Position numbers and translations under genes: made by a program. From contig NW_003314306.1 in the NCBI RefSeq assembly GCF_000143415.4, positions 1,431,129-1,495,128 on the forward strand: a DNA stretch of 64,000 nucleotides, read 5' to 3'. The stretch comes from Selaginella moellendorffii. Its lineage: Eukaryota > Plantae > Lycopodiophyta. The stretch's first letter is position 1. Each line of letters starts with the position of its first letter. Of the stretch, positions 12,042 through 24,020 are shown piece by piece. The notes beneath the pieces were generated by a model. The model made no database searches and was not told the origin of the DNA. It was given only the letters and a program-made list of their open reading frames with translations.

Positions 12042-14331
12042 ATGAAGCAGCTGAGATTGAAAGCCCAGAGCCGGCTCTTCGGCAAGATCGATCCCGCCAG
12101 CTCCGCGGATTTCTCCTACGTCGATCCTCCTCCACCACCTCCAAACTTCGCGGCCGCCAGCTCCTCCGCGAACTACAACTCCTCGACGCTCTCGGCGGTG
12201 CTGGAGAGCGATCGCCATGAGAGAAAAGAGGAGGAAGAACAGGGAGAAGGAGAGATCCATCGCCAGAATCAAAGCCACCAGCGGCACGAGAGTATGTGCA
12301 ACTTGCTCGACTACGAAGAACACATCATGCGGCGGAGAGATCAAATGGATCTCCGGCAAGAGATCGAGCTCAAAGATGGCGACCAAGATCAGCTTCCGGT
12401 CATCGCTCTCATGCTCACCACCCTCCGCCGCTCGCTTCTCACTTGCGCCACCATTGACGATCACGAAGGTGGCGGCTCCGGCAATGGAATGGACATAAGC
12501 TGGCCGACCAACGTGAGGCATGTCACGCACGTCACCTTTGATCGATTCAATGGTTTTCTCGGACTTCCCGTGGAGTTCGAGGTGGAAATCCCGAGACGAG
12601 CTCCCAGCGCCAGGTACGTACCTTTGATCTTCTTTCCTTTGGTCTTTTCTCTAGTTTTTTTTTTCTTGCTTGGTTTGTACTCCCGTTTGTTTGGTTGTTT
12701 GGTTTTTGACTATACAGTACTCCTTGTTCTTGGTGTTGTTGTTCTTCGTGGTTTTCGAAGTTTGCCATTTGTTTATGCTTTTCTAGTTTTGGTGGTGGTT
12801 CTCTATAGATGTGGAAATGTACTAAGTTCGCGTTTGTTGTTTTACCTGGCAGTGCGAATGTTTTCGGTGTTTCTCCCGAGTCCATGCAGTGCTCGTACGA
12901 TTCCAGGGGCAATAGTGTACCGACCATTCTGCTCCGGATGCAAGATCGGCTTTACAGTCTCGGTGGACTCAAGGTGAGACCTGAGCTTTTATGGATTCCT
13001 TCCATCGCTTTCAGGTGTTGGAAGTACTCGAGAATTAGTCCGAGTAGCCGCAATATTTTATTGCTTTTTCTTTTCTCCTCGTCTTTGTTGCTTACTTTTG
13101 CTCTTCGTTTCTGTTATTCCAGGCCGAAGGCATCTTCCGCATAAATGCTGAGAACAGCCATGAAGAGCATGTGCGTGAGCAACTCAACAAGGGCATCGTA
13201 CCATTTCATATTGATCTCCACTGCCTAGCTGGTCTCATCAAGGTACATATCAAAGTTCTCCTTCCTTGTATTCTCTAGCTTGTCTGATCGACGGATCCAC
13301 TGGTGCTAAACAGGCTTGGTTCCGAGAGCTTCCAACTGGCGTTCTCGACACACTCTCGCCGGAGCAAGTGATGCAGTGCCACACCGAGGAGCAGTGCGTT
13401 GCGGTGATCAAGCTGCTCCCACCCATGCAAGCAGCGCTTCTCGACTGGGCCATCAATCTCATGGCCGACGTCGCGCAGGAGGAGGCTTTCAACAAGATGA
13501 ACGCTCGCAACGTTGGAATGGTCTTCGCACCAAACATGACACAGGCAAGCTTTTTTCTACTTTTAATTTCTCGCGAGCCGTCTTCTTCTTTTTATCTTTT
13601 TCTCGCCGAGCACACAGTCAAGTCTTCCCTGGAAATGCTTTGTTTTTTATCCTTTGTTCCGGACAGCATTTGGATTTGTTTGGTCGTCGCGAGTCTTTGT
13701 TTTCTCGTCTCGGTTTTTTTTTTTTCCTTTCTTGTCGCTCCTTTTTTTCGTTCTTTGAGCTCTCGCAGAGCTCTCCAGAGCTTCGCTTTAGTCCGTTCAG
13801 GCATTTCAAACGACTGATTGATATGCGGGACTTTGAAAATTCCCGTTTGTCCCTGGCGTGGCTTCGATTCGTGAGCTTTTGGGTGTCTTCCCAAGTAGAT
13901 TTGCAAGTGCTAGAATTTCTGTTCCTTCGCTTCTCACTGTCTCATCTCTTTAATTTTTATTCTGCTCCGTTCAGATGGCAGATCCGTTGACAGCGCTCAT
14001 GCACGCCGTCCAAGTGATGAATCTCCTCAAAACGTTGATCCTCCGGACGATTCGAGACAGGCAAGAGGTTCTGCTGGAATCGGGGCCTCCTCTCTCGCTC
14101 CAGCCGCCCCCTCGCCGAGACGCCACCAGCGAGTCGAGGGTGGTGGCGAGCTTGAATCCCGCGAACTCCAACTTAAACTCGAGCTCAAACGCCAGGGGCC
14201 GCGAAGATCACTACGATGACTACTCCCACTGCGCGAGGTCCCACTCCAAGCAGTCCAGCATCTCCAAAGCTCGCGGAGGTAGCCTCGTCAATAGAATCGA
14301 TCAACACGTCGAGAGAGTCGAGGCCTGGTAA
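12042..14331 (+). CDS. ROP GTPase-activating protein (CRIB + RhoGAP), 5 exons
   Basis: CRIB motif MDISWPTNVRHVTHVTFDRFNGFLGLPVEFE; RhoGAP motifs AEGIFRINAEN, HCLAGLIKAWFRELP, NKMNARNVGMVFAPNMTQ|MADPLTALMHAVQVMNLLK; C-terminal ERVEAW. Exons 12042-12613, 12853-12973, 13123-13242, 13314-13544, 13975-14331. Confidence 0.94.
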
Positions 14332-14708
14332 GAACAAACAGCAAACGAATGAACGCTACAAAGGAAGAGCCGAACGAACCTTCTCTTCCGGACGAATAAA
14401 AGCTCCCACCATTCGTGGGAAGCACCATACAGGTTTTTCATTTTTTTCTCCTTCTTCGTTTTTTGGCACCTAGCACTGCAAAAGAAAAAATAAGTAAAAA
14501 AGATTGTCGTTTTTGACAGGATCAACAAAAAGCTTACTTGTTTAACAGTAGAAAAGAGTTCTTGACGAAACCAGCAGCTAACTTCACGCTGAAGTGACAG
14601 CTCGTTTCACCGCAAGGAACGTTCGGAACATTCCCTGGCCGCTTCCACAGATTTCCATGCACGAACATAAAACCATGTCCTGGAGCAAACGAGCTCCAAG
14701 GAAGAAGA

Positions 14709-17009
14709 ATGTCGTCGTTGGGTTTGATCTTCTCGAGAGATGTCGAGGCTGGCAGAGCGATGGTTTTCCACGAGCAAGGAGCGACGAGCATAGAGATGGA
14801 GTCCCCGTTCTCGCCCGCTGGAGCAGCGCCTTCCTCCGGCAGCCTGCGAGAAAAGAGTGTGAGAAAGCCATCGCCACCACCACCGGAGCACGAACTCATA
14901 CTTGTAGCTTTGAGGCTCTCGGTGCTGGAGAAGGCCGCGAGTGGGCTGGGAGTCGTGGCATTCGTCTGGGCGACGGTGGTTTTGCTTGGGGGATTCGTCA
15001 CCAGCCTGGAGGCCAGGGATTTCTGGATCATCTCCGTGCTGCTGCTCACCGAGGGGACGCGAGTTTTCAGCCGGAGCCACGAGCTGGAGTGGCAGCAAGC
15101 TGCACCGAGGATTTCCATTAGAACACGAGCAAAGTCGATCATAAACCATACCCGGTCAACCATCTTTGGAAGTTCCTCGCAGCCGGATCTAGTCCCTGCT
15201 CACAAGCCCGAGACAAAGTTGTCAGATAAGAATTCGAGCGATCAAGGCGCAAGCTTTTTCACTGCCAACCGAATCAGTGCTCTCCTTTACGTCATGCAAC
15301 TCGCGTCGGCTCTCGTCTGCGTTGGGTTGTCGGTCACTCGACTTTCCACTGCAGAGCTCAGCGGAATTTCCACCAAGAACAAGAACCAAGACTACGCTCT
15401 CGGTATTTTCTACTCGCTCGTCCTTGCCGAGGCCTTGATCTTTCTAGCGGAGAGAGCTTACTGGGAGTTTCAAGTTGGCTACAAAGGACTGGTTTCTAGG
15501 GTGACTCGGGAGTGCCGGCTCGGGACGGATCAAATCGACAACGTCAAGCGCTTTTACTATGAAGTATACTCGGACTGTCTCAAAGGCAGTGTTTTCGATG
15601 GACTCGGCATGGATCTTGTGGCCTATGGAATGGATGATCTCCAGGAGAACAACGCAAGGGAGCAACTCGGGGGCGCTTGTATCCTGCTAGCGTTTCTAGA
15701 ACGGGAGGACCTTGCAGAGGAGACGATGAGGAGAATCGGAACGAAACCGGGAGTTATAGAGCGGCTGATAGAAATGCTTACTTGGAAAGAGAAGTACGAG
15801 GAAGATATCCAACGAGTGGCTGCACAGATTGTTTGCCAAGTTGCCTGCCAGAAGAGCGTCTCGTTTAGAATCATCGCCATCGCTGGAGCTTTGGAGAACA
15901 TTGCCTCCCTTCTTCATGACCGCCAGCTTCGCCTGGTTGGTCTGCGAATCCTGAAGAGAATAGCCACGGATCAGCAAAACTGCATCAAGATTGGAAACAC
16001 TGGCGGCATGTTACCGATTCTCGTGACTCTGATCGAGATCAAGGACGGGTTCGAGCTGAAAAAAAAGGGAAGAGATGAGCTTAAGGTGCTGAAGAAATCG
16101 CTCCAGATTCTAAAACGCATGGCGACAACAACAGGCTACCAAGGGAAGCTCTTGCGAGAAGACATTGCAAAGGTGGTGTTCACGATCAGGCACCTAAGAA
16201 ACATCCTCGAGCACGCACAAAACCATCCAGTTCTACAAGAACTCGCTCTCGACATCCTCACGAACCTGGCTCTGGACGACTGCGCGAGAGAAAACATCGG
16301 CAGCACGGGTGGGATCATCCGGAACATCCTCCAGATCTTTCTACAAGGCACGGAACAAGCGACTGCAAACAGCAAGCTACGTTTGTGCCAGAAAGCTGGC
16401 GAAGCACTCAACGTCTTGGCGCTGAGAAGCCCGGGAAACTGTCGGAGAATGTGTAGAGGCGACGAGAAAACTCTGGACCAGATAATCGCCAAGCTCGCGG
16501 ACAATCCAAAGCTCGCGACTCGCGCGGCGAAGATCCTTCGCAACCTCTGTGCGTTTTTGAGCCAGGAGGAAGCGCGTAGAGTGGCGACCTCCACGCCAAA
16601 ACTTCTAGAGTTTATCCTTGTCGCGGAAGGAAAAGAGCTAGAAGCGGCTCTAGGACTAGCAGCAGCCACAGTTCCACACTCAAACAAATCCTCTCTAGAC
16701 AAACACATCGACTCGAGAGCTCTAGCGCACAAAATCGCGGGGATTCTACGCCGACCACCGCCCTCCCACAAGCTCTTGCGGCTCAGGCGCTACGCTGTGG
16801 AGCTGCTCACGGTTCTCGCCAAAAGCAGCGAGAGATTCAAGCGAGAGATCCAAGAAGCGGGCATTGCAATGCATCTAAGACAAATGCTGGACACGATCTC
16901 GGACGTGGAGAATTTCTACACCTTCTCGGGGGAATTCGGACTCACCAGGCATGTCAAGACGATGGAATGTCTTCTCGCGCTCGCGCAGCGGGCGCTCGAA
17001 GAACCCTAA
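14709..17009 (+). CDS. Plant ARM-repeat protein with N-terminal transmembrane region (BLE2-like family), single exon, 766 aa
   Basis: Long uninterrupted ORF. N-terminal LEKAASGLGVVAFVWATVVLLGGF...DFWIISVLLLTEGTRVFSRSHELEWQ is typical of this family, followed by helical ARM-like repeats (ERLIEMLTW, NCIKIGNTGGML, ARENIGSTGGII). Confidence 0.85.
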   Translation: MSSLGLIFSRDVEAGRAMVFHEQGATSIEMESPFSPAGAAPSSGSLREKSVRKPSPPPPEHELILVALRLSVLEKAASGLGVVAFVWATVVLLGGFVTSLEARDFWIISVLLLTEGTRVFSRSHELEWQQAAPRISIRTRAKSIINHTRSTIFGSSSQPDLVPAHKPETKLSDKNSSDQGASFFTANRISALLYVMQLASALVCVGLSVTRLSTAELSGISTKNKNQDYALGIFYSLVLAEALIFLAERAYWEFQVGYKGLVSRVTRECRLGTDQIDNVKRFYYEVYSDCLKGSVFDGLGMDLVAYGMDDLQENNAREQLGGACILLAFLEREDLAEETMRRIGTKPGVIERLIEMLTWKEKYEEDIQRVAAQIVCQVACQKSVSFRIIAIAGALENIASLLHDRQLRLVGLRILKRIATDQQNCIKIGNTGGMLPILVTLIEIKDGFELKKKGRDELKVLKKSLQILKRMATTTGYQGKLLREDIAKVVFTIRHLRNILEHAQNHPVLQELALDILTNLALDDCARENIGSTGGIIRNILQIFLQGTEQATANSKLRLCQKAGEALNVLALRSPGNCRRMCRGDEKTLDQIIAKLADNPKLATRAAKILRNLCAFLSQEEARRVATSTPKLLEFILVAEGKELEAALGLAAATVPHSNKSSLDKHIDSRALAHKIAGILRRPPPSHKLLRLRRYAVELLTVLAKSSERFKREIQEAGIAMHLRQMLDTISDVENFYTFSGEFGLTRHVKTMECLLALAQRALEEP

Positions 17010-17555
17010 AATATGGCGCCCTAAGAATATTCCAAACACTCTTGGAGCGGTTGCGATTTTACCCAGTTCTTTTGAATGGTATAGATTTGTCTTATCTGGT
17101 TTCTTTTTCCTTTCATCATAAAGAACTGTTAGAAAATAGAATATGTCAGGACCATTATCCCAGCATATACCCATGTGGACCCTTTGTTTGCAACTGCCTT
17201 GCAAATTGATGCTTGTGCCAACAAGTACAGCAAATAAGAAATTCAATTATAGAGCCACTCCAAATTTCAAAAAGAAAGGTGTGGTCCAAAGGGTCAGAGA
17301 ATAATATCGAGCAAGGAACATTCCCTTGCGAATATACTAGCATCTGGTGGTGGAATATGCCTGCTCCGGCCTTTTATACTGGTCCGAACGCTCAGAAATA
17401 ATTTGTAGGGTTTTACAGTTCTTTCTTTTGTGCCGCGATTCGATCGATCGTCACGACTGGGCGCATTGTGATTGTGATCGATTCTTCAGCAGGGATTTCG
17501 GGAGCGCGCGGTCGCGGCGGCATTGATTTCTCCTTGCTCTGCCGCGAGCCGAGCT

Positions 17556-20500
17556 ATGATCGTCCTGATATGGCTCCTGCTGTGCATCACCGCCGGGGCC
17601 GTGTGCGTGATGGAAAAGCTCCAGGAATCGAGCAAGACGCGGTGCTGGAAGGAGGATCTTCGATGCCTGGCCACAATGTGGTTTGGGAGGATCAAGGGGG
17701 AATCGCACAAGCAGCGCCTCGATTCCTTCTACAGCTCCCAGGCCAATGCATGTAAGTTCCAGTCCCTCCCTTTTCCCCCAAAATCTTCCGATATTTCCAT
17801 CCTCGGCCGAAATTTCTCACGATTCCCTCCTCCAGATGATCACTTCCGCGCGGGATTCCTCCACGGCCGCGAGCAGATGCTGGCTTCTTGCGCGGCGCGC
17901 CTCCGCGGATCATCCGACCTCGTCTGGGTTGACTTGGGCGGCGGCACTGCTGAGAACGTCAAGATGATGTCCAAGTACATGGACCTGAGCTCGTTCCGGA
18001 AGATCTACGTCGTGGATCTTTGCTCGGCGCTGTGCAACGTGGCGGCGGCAAAGTCCAAAAGATTTGGTTGGAGTAACGTCGACGTGATTGAGGGCGACGC
18101 ATGCGAGTTCCAGCCCCGAGGCCAGGCCGCGACACTTGTGACCTTCTCCTATTCATTGTCAAGTAAGTGAAGTGTTTGTACGAGAACTTCTTTTCTCCTT
18201 TGTCTCTTCGCTGCGTTTGCTTTCGTTGCTTGTTACATCGACAGTTGGTCTTTTCTGTGCGTGTGTTTCATTGATCAACAGTTTTTTCGCATTGCTGGAC
18301 TTTTTATATTGTTTCCTTTGGCAGTTTCGATGTGTAACTGTCGCAGCTCGTTTATAATCGATTGGACTGTTTATTCTTTTGCAGTGATCCCACCATTCAT
18401 GAAAGTGGTGGACAAGGCGTTGACTTATCTCGCGGATGACGGGATCATGGGTGTGACAGATTTTTACACCTCCGCCAAGTATGATAAGCCCAACCGTCAG
18501 CATTCGTGGCTTAACCGCTGGTTTTGGAGATCCGTGTTTGACTTGGATGGCATTGACTTGGGGCCGGAGCGCAGAACCTACCTGGAACACAAGCTCGAAC
18601 CAGGTGTGGTATGTCGTGGTTTGTGCTTTCATTTTCTAAAGCTTAATGCACTGGCTTTGTTTTAGTTTGTGAGTTTAATGGCAGTGGGAGAATTCCTTAT
18701 GTCCCAGTGTTGGAGGCTCCCTACTACATCTGGATTGGTCGAAAAATCGGACGCCATGGTAAAGGGGGGCTCGTACTAGTGTTGATTGTCGGCAGCTTAG
18801 CTTTTCATTCATTATCTTTTCAGATCAAAACTTGCAGCGGTTTCCGATAAGGGCCTCGGATGATTTGGAAGCCAAACGTCCAAGCTCGTTCCCTCCAACA
18901 TTTCTGTACTCCTTGTCGTGGGAAGATCCTCGTGAAGATGAGAAGGTTTTGGACATTAATCCATCAGACGTTGTCTTGACACTTACTTCTGGAGGGTGCA
19001 ATGCTCTGGATTTAGTCCTTCAAGTAAGTCATTTCTCTTCCCTCTGAAGTTTATAATCTCAACACCACCACATTTTGTCAGGGTGCGAAACAAGTGGTTG
19101 CTGTTGATATGAATCCTGCTCAAAGCTACCTTCTTGAACTTAAGCGTCTGGCAACAACGAGGTAAAGCCTCTTGAAAATTCTTGATTTCCTCACATCTGA
19201 ACTGTGCAGGCTTTCTTTTGAGGATGCCTGGAAAATGTTTGGAGAGGGCGTACATCCAACCTTCGAAAGTTTGCTGGAAAAGGAACTCGTTCCCTTTCTT
19301 AGCCAGGGGGCTGTGAATTTCTGGTAAGTAGCAAATTTTCTTATATCTCCGTGTGAAGAGCTGTGTTTATTTATTCCAGGAGAAAAAAAGCCAGGTACTT
19401 CAAGGATGGATTGTACTACCACGGTAACATGGAACTTACTCTATGCTATGATGCCTCTAATCTACAAAGTTATGCAGGTGGTATGGGTCGACTCATTCGA
19501 GCAGTAAGGGCGCTTGCAAGGCTTACACGAAAGGTTCTTCCAGCCAAAATTTTGAGCAAGGTTATCTGAATCTGTTGTTTTTCTTCACAGGAGCGCTTCA
19601 TCGAGTCTCTTGTTAATGCGCCCACGCTACAACAACAAAGAGAGCTCTGGTATAATGCATCCGCATGCACCAAAAGTAACTGTCTCACTTTGATTGCCTG
19701 AGCAGGTTCGCTTGTGTAGGAAACTGGCTATCACAAGCTGGGATTTTTGCGAAGATGGTATCTTTCTTCGTGACCAACAGATTCACGATGTGGTTTTGTG
19801 CTGGAGTGTGCAAAGGCCAGCTTCGTCTGCTACGCAAGGAGGGCAACTTATACAAGTAAGACATCGTTCTCAGGCGTGATTCTCATTGAACCACTTGTCC
19901 TTTGTTTTCACAGCTACATTGTCCGCTGTCTAAATTCAACAGCTGCGTATTCACATCTCCGGGACAGCAACTACTTTTACCGCTGCTGCCTGACTGGGAA
20001 GTTTTCATCCAACTGCTGTCCTCGTTTCCTGGAAAAGGAAAACTTCCACAAACTCAAGGTACTACACACGAACGACTTGCCATGGATTTCAAGACTTTTG
20101 AGCTGTGTTGCAGACAAGCCTTGCTGCGGAGGAGTGCCTGTTGATCCGGACAGCCACATTTGTGGAGGAGCTTTCGAAGCGAATGTACACCAAGGTACGG
20201 ACCTGGAACTTCTTGTTTGGTGAAATGCTGTGTATTGCTTGGTGCTCAGGTGATTTTGATGGACCACGTCGACTGGCTAGAACAAAGCGACGTCGATGTC
20301 CTTTGCAAAGCGCTGCAAGCACATGTAATTGTAAGTAGTTGCGAATTTCCACACCCTCGATCACCTCACACTTGTGATTTCCACTTGGTTTTTAGCCTGG
20401 AGGCCGCGTGATCTGGCGCAGTGCGTCGCGATCTCCAAGCTACGCCAATTGCATCGAGAAATCTGGATTCAAAGGTTCGAAGTTCTTTCCTTTTTGGAAC

Positions 20501-20740
20501 TGTTTTTGGAAGCTAAAAACCAACTGTTTCTGCGCAGTGATCCAAGTAGCAACGAGCAAGGCTTACATGGACAGAGTAAACATGTACGCGAGCTTCTTCG
20601 TGGCTGTTCGCGTGGGTGGATTGGCATCCATCAAAATTCCAATCCATCCATCATCGAGGCTTCACGATCACAAGCTGGATCCTAAAGAACCCGAGTCGCC
20701 GGACTCGGTGCTACCAGCGCCATTGTGGATCGAGATTTGA
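17556..20740 (+). CDS. BTA1: Betaine lipid (DGTS) synthase: BtaB-like SAM methyltransferase fused to BtaA/DUF3419 domain, multi-exon
   Basis: N-terminal hydrophobic anchor; HKQRLDSFYSSQA; WVDLGGGTAEN; IYVVDLC; LVTFSYSLS; then FLYSLSWEDPREDEKVLDINPSDVVLTLTSGGCNALD, VAVDMNPAQSYLLELK, ILMDHVDWL, IWRSAS, YMDRVNMYASF. Many short GT-AG introns; the exons checked remain in frame. Confidence 0.92.
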
Positions 20741-21749
20741 TCGATCATTCCTTCCTCTTCTCCACTGACGTCTATCGATTCTTTATATATAATTGGAACA
20801 TAACCATTGTTAATCAGCCCAAGGAATATATTTGGCCCAAACCATATAAATTGACTATCCATGATGGGATCTGCACAGCAAACTCCCGAAGCAGAGGTTA
20901 TGTAGAATTTGCTGCATTGTGTTAAACATGCTGTTTGAGCATATAAAAAAAAATGGTGGTGATACTCCTTTCATGGCGAAAAACTGCAGCCACCTTTGCA
21001 GGACTAGGACTGCTTGCCATGATCAATTCTTGTGGTGGTCTGTTTTGCCACCTTTGCAGGACTAATTCAGGTGCAAGCTGATTTGACTAAAATAATATGA
21101 ACCCCCTACCAGGTATTTTGCCATGAAAGCCAAAAGTGCTGAGCAACACTAGACCTGGCAGCAGCAACAAGAATAAGAAGTATGGAAGTATAGAATTAAA
21201 AGTATAGAAGAATAAGTAAGAATATTGGCTGAATTAGCCTTCTTAACATCAATCTTTAAGATTTAGACGATGGATTGATCCACAACATCACCAGAATGTA
21301 AATATGTTTTAAACTTGCTTATATGGAACATTAGATGAATTTTTGAATTAATTAGCAAGTCCAAAATGCAAACAAAATCCCCCACACTATGAAATTGTCT
21401 AAGGCCTATAACATTGTGAAGACAATGTAGCACCACCACCTCTTTTCAAAGACCATTTTGCATATAACAACTTAAGGAAAACTTTATCACCAACTTTGTA
21501 CTCTTGATGATGATAATGTTCATTAGCTAATCTTTTATCTTGTTCTTGAGTTTGTTTCATGTTTAACTTTGTCAACTCAAATTTATCTTGTATATCCTCC
21601 AAGAAATAAAAAATATAAAGCATCCAAACCAAAGGTAAACTTAAACTCATGGAATACTTAAGAAGCTCATAGCCATATATTAGCTTATTAATGAGCATTA
21701 TTATGAGCAAATTAAAGTGTGTTTACACTCTGGTGATGTCATGTCATGA

Positions 21750-22415
21750 TGGAGCTATGATTTGGCTTCACCTAATTGCTTTCCAGCCTCCACCTATGTA
21801 TCTGGCATTGCAATTGAAAATTAAACCAGAAGTTTCTTCGTCTTAGCACCAAGGAAACAAAAGTTGGGTTCAAAACCATAAATTGTTTATTGTGCACTGT
21901 CTTCTTGCCAAAGCTTCGTCATCCTGCCAGTAAGACTTATGCAGCTCACTAGCTCTTTGGTTCTTGGACACTGATGAGGACTGTCACCACTTTGATTTGG
22001 ATTGCTATGACTTGCACGTTATTGTTGGCTTTGTACATGATTACAACGCAGCTGCTCAACTCCCCCTGCTTAACCAGCATTTAAACTGTTAATAGAGACC
22101 GCAGCGGATTCATCCAGACCGCTGCATGCCTCGTCAACCTGTGCCTCCCCCAGCCCAGCAATCGTCAGAGATAATCCCGGGGAGGAATGCGGCATAGGTA
22201 GTAGTCACCCTTGTACAAGCTCCAACAAGCTGCAGGAGGACGAGCTTCACTATGAATTCCCCCCTATGCCCAGCATCCACATAGCCATTGTAGCAGCCCT
22301 TCAGGAACAGCTCTAGAGCAACTTCTAGAGGTTCGGCCACAAGAACACTCATGTGAGAAGCGACAAGAAGTGGCTTTGAGCACTCCGCGGGCATATCTCC
22401 AGGCCCGCTGATGCA
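21750..22415 (-). pseudogene. Internally deleted, degenerate copy of the 3' half of the CR NTPase-nuclease gene (copy of ~53400-54358)
   Basis: Nucleotide blocks match by eye. The peptide LEVALELFLKGCYNGYVDAGHRGEFIVKLVLLQ nearly matches the 672-aa ORF. Contains deletions and frameshifts. Confidence 0.9.
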
Positions 22416-22430
22416 AGTGATAATACTCTG

Positions 22431-22590
22431 GATGGGTACGTACCTTGAACATCTTGTTTGAACGTACCTTTGAAATGCTGTGTATTGCTTGGTGCTCAGG
22501 TGATTTTGATAGACCACGTCGATGTCCTTTGCAAAGCGTGATCGTAAGTAGCTGCGAATTTGTACACTCGAGAGTCTCGAACACCCTCAC
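22431..22590 (+). pseudogene. Duplicated intron-exon-intron fragment of BTA1 (copy of ~20194-20372)
   Basis: TGAAATGCTGTGTATTGCTTGGTGCTCAGGTGATTTTGAT is identical to 20221-20260. A 24-nt deletion lies between ACGTCGA direct repeats. Confidence 0.9.
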
Positions 22591-22734
22591 ACTCACATGG
22601 GCCATTTTTTAGCAAAACTACTTATGCTAAGTCGAATTTTCGAGACAAGAATTGCAGTTGCAGAATTTTCGAGTTAGTTTCGGGCGCGGTTGCAGGGTCA
22701 TGCCATGGCCGATCTTTCACGATTGCCATGCCCT

Positions 22735-24020
22735 CCCTCCTCCCAGGATCTTGAGGATGACCCAGCTGGTGCTGCTCTGTTTTCTTGCGACACCACGATC
22801 GCTTTGCGGCCGACGCTATTCCTGAATGGTATCAAGGCATAGCAGATTATCTGGCTACCGGCGAGTTCCCTGCTGACTTTACTGCCACCGAACGCAAGCG
22901 ACTTATTATCCAGGCTCGTCCATACTCTCTCCTGCATGGCCAGCTCTACATCCTCGCGTGACGACGTTCTACGCCGCTGTATCCTTCCTCACAATGTCAT
23001 CACTTCATGCCATAATTCACCTTAAGGCCACTTTTCATCTGAGGCAACAATTCGTTTGGTTCTTCAAGCTGGCTATTGGTGGCCAACGCTTCACAAGGAT
23101 GTTGCTACCTATGTTCAGACCTGTGATCCCTGCCAGGGTGCTGGTCGCCCAACTCACCGCGATCTGATGCCGCTTAATCCTCTGCTTCTGGTGCTTCCTT
23201 TTGAGAAGTGGGGCATCGATTTTGTGGGACCGATCAAGCCGGCCAGTCATCCTTCCTGTTGTCGCTACATTCTCGTTTGCATGGACTACGTCACAAAGTG
23301 GGCCGAGGCTGAAGCTCTCACGGAAGATACAGCCAAGGTTGCGACTTTTCTTTACAAGAACATCATCATGAGATTTGGCTGCCCTTTGGAGCTGGTGAGT
23401 GACCGAGATACTCACTTCATCAATCAAGTGATCGAGACCTTGGTGGAGAAGTATGGCATCGCTCATCGCTACCACCCTCGTGCTTGGTGCGCACCAACAA
23501 GATATGTGTGACATCACCATGAAGCTCGCAAGTGCTTCTCGCACAGATTGGGATCACCGTTTGCTCGATGCACTCTGGGCATACCACGTTGCTTACAAGG
23601 TCACCACCAAAGCTTCACCGTTCCATCTTGTTTATGGACAAGAAGCCATCCTGCCGCTTGAGCTCGAGATTCCCTCTCTCCGTATGGCTGTCTTGGACAA
23701 CTTGGACTGGGACAACACACTTCAAGCTCGACTGGACATGCTTCTACACCTCGACGAGCGTCGACTTCTCGCTTTCCAAGCTCGCGAAGCATGCCGCAAT
23801 GGTATGATCGTCATTTGCGTGCTAAACATTTTTCTGCTGGTGGTTCTGCTGTATGATAGCAAGCACTGAAAAAAGCATGGGAAACTACGTGTTCACTGGC
23901 TTGGGCCATATTGCATTGTTGAAGTTTTTTCTAACGGCTCAGTCCAGCTTGAAGATTTCAGTGGGAACTTCTTACCAACTCGTGTCAATGGTGCTCGCTT
24001 GTGCAAGTACCATGAGTGAG
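22735..24020 (+). mobile_element. Ty3/Gypsy LTR-retrotransposon integrase remnant (frameshifted)
   Basis: AGYWWPTLHKDVATYVQTCDPCQ, PFEKWGIDFVGPI, YILVCMDYVTKWAEAEAL, RFGCPLELVSDRDTHF, DWDHRLLDALWAYHVAYK..TKASPFHLVYGQEAILPLE, spread over several frames. Confidence 0.92.

Noticed and set aside
17445-17485. Small hairpin as a miRNA precursor
   Set aside because: Stem too short and no match to a miRNA I recognise.
5912-20740. Metabolic gene cluster
   Set aside because: The genes have unrelated functions; close spacing reflects genome compactness.
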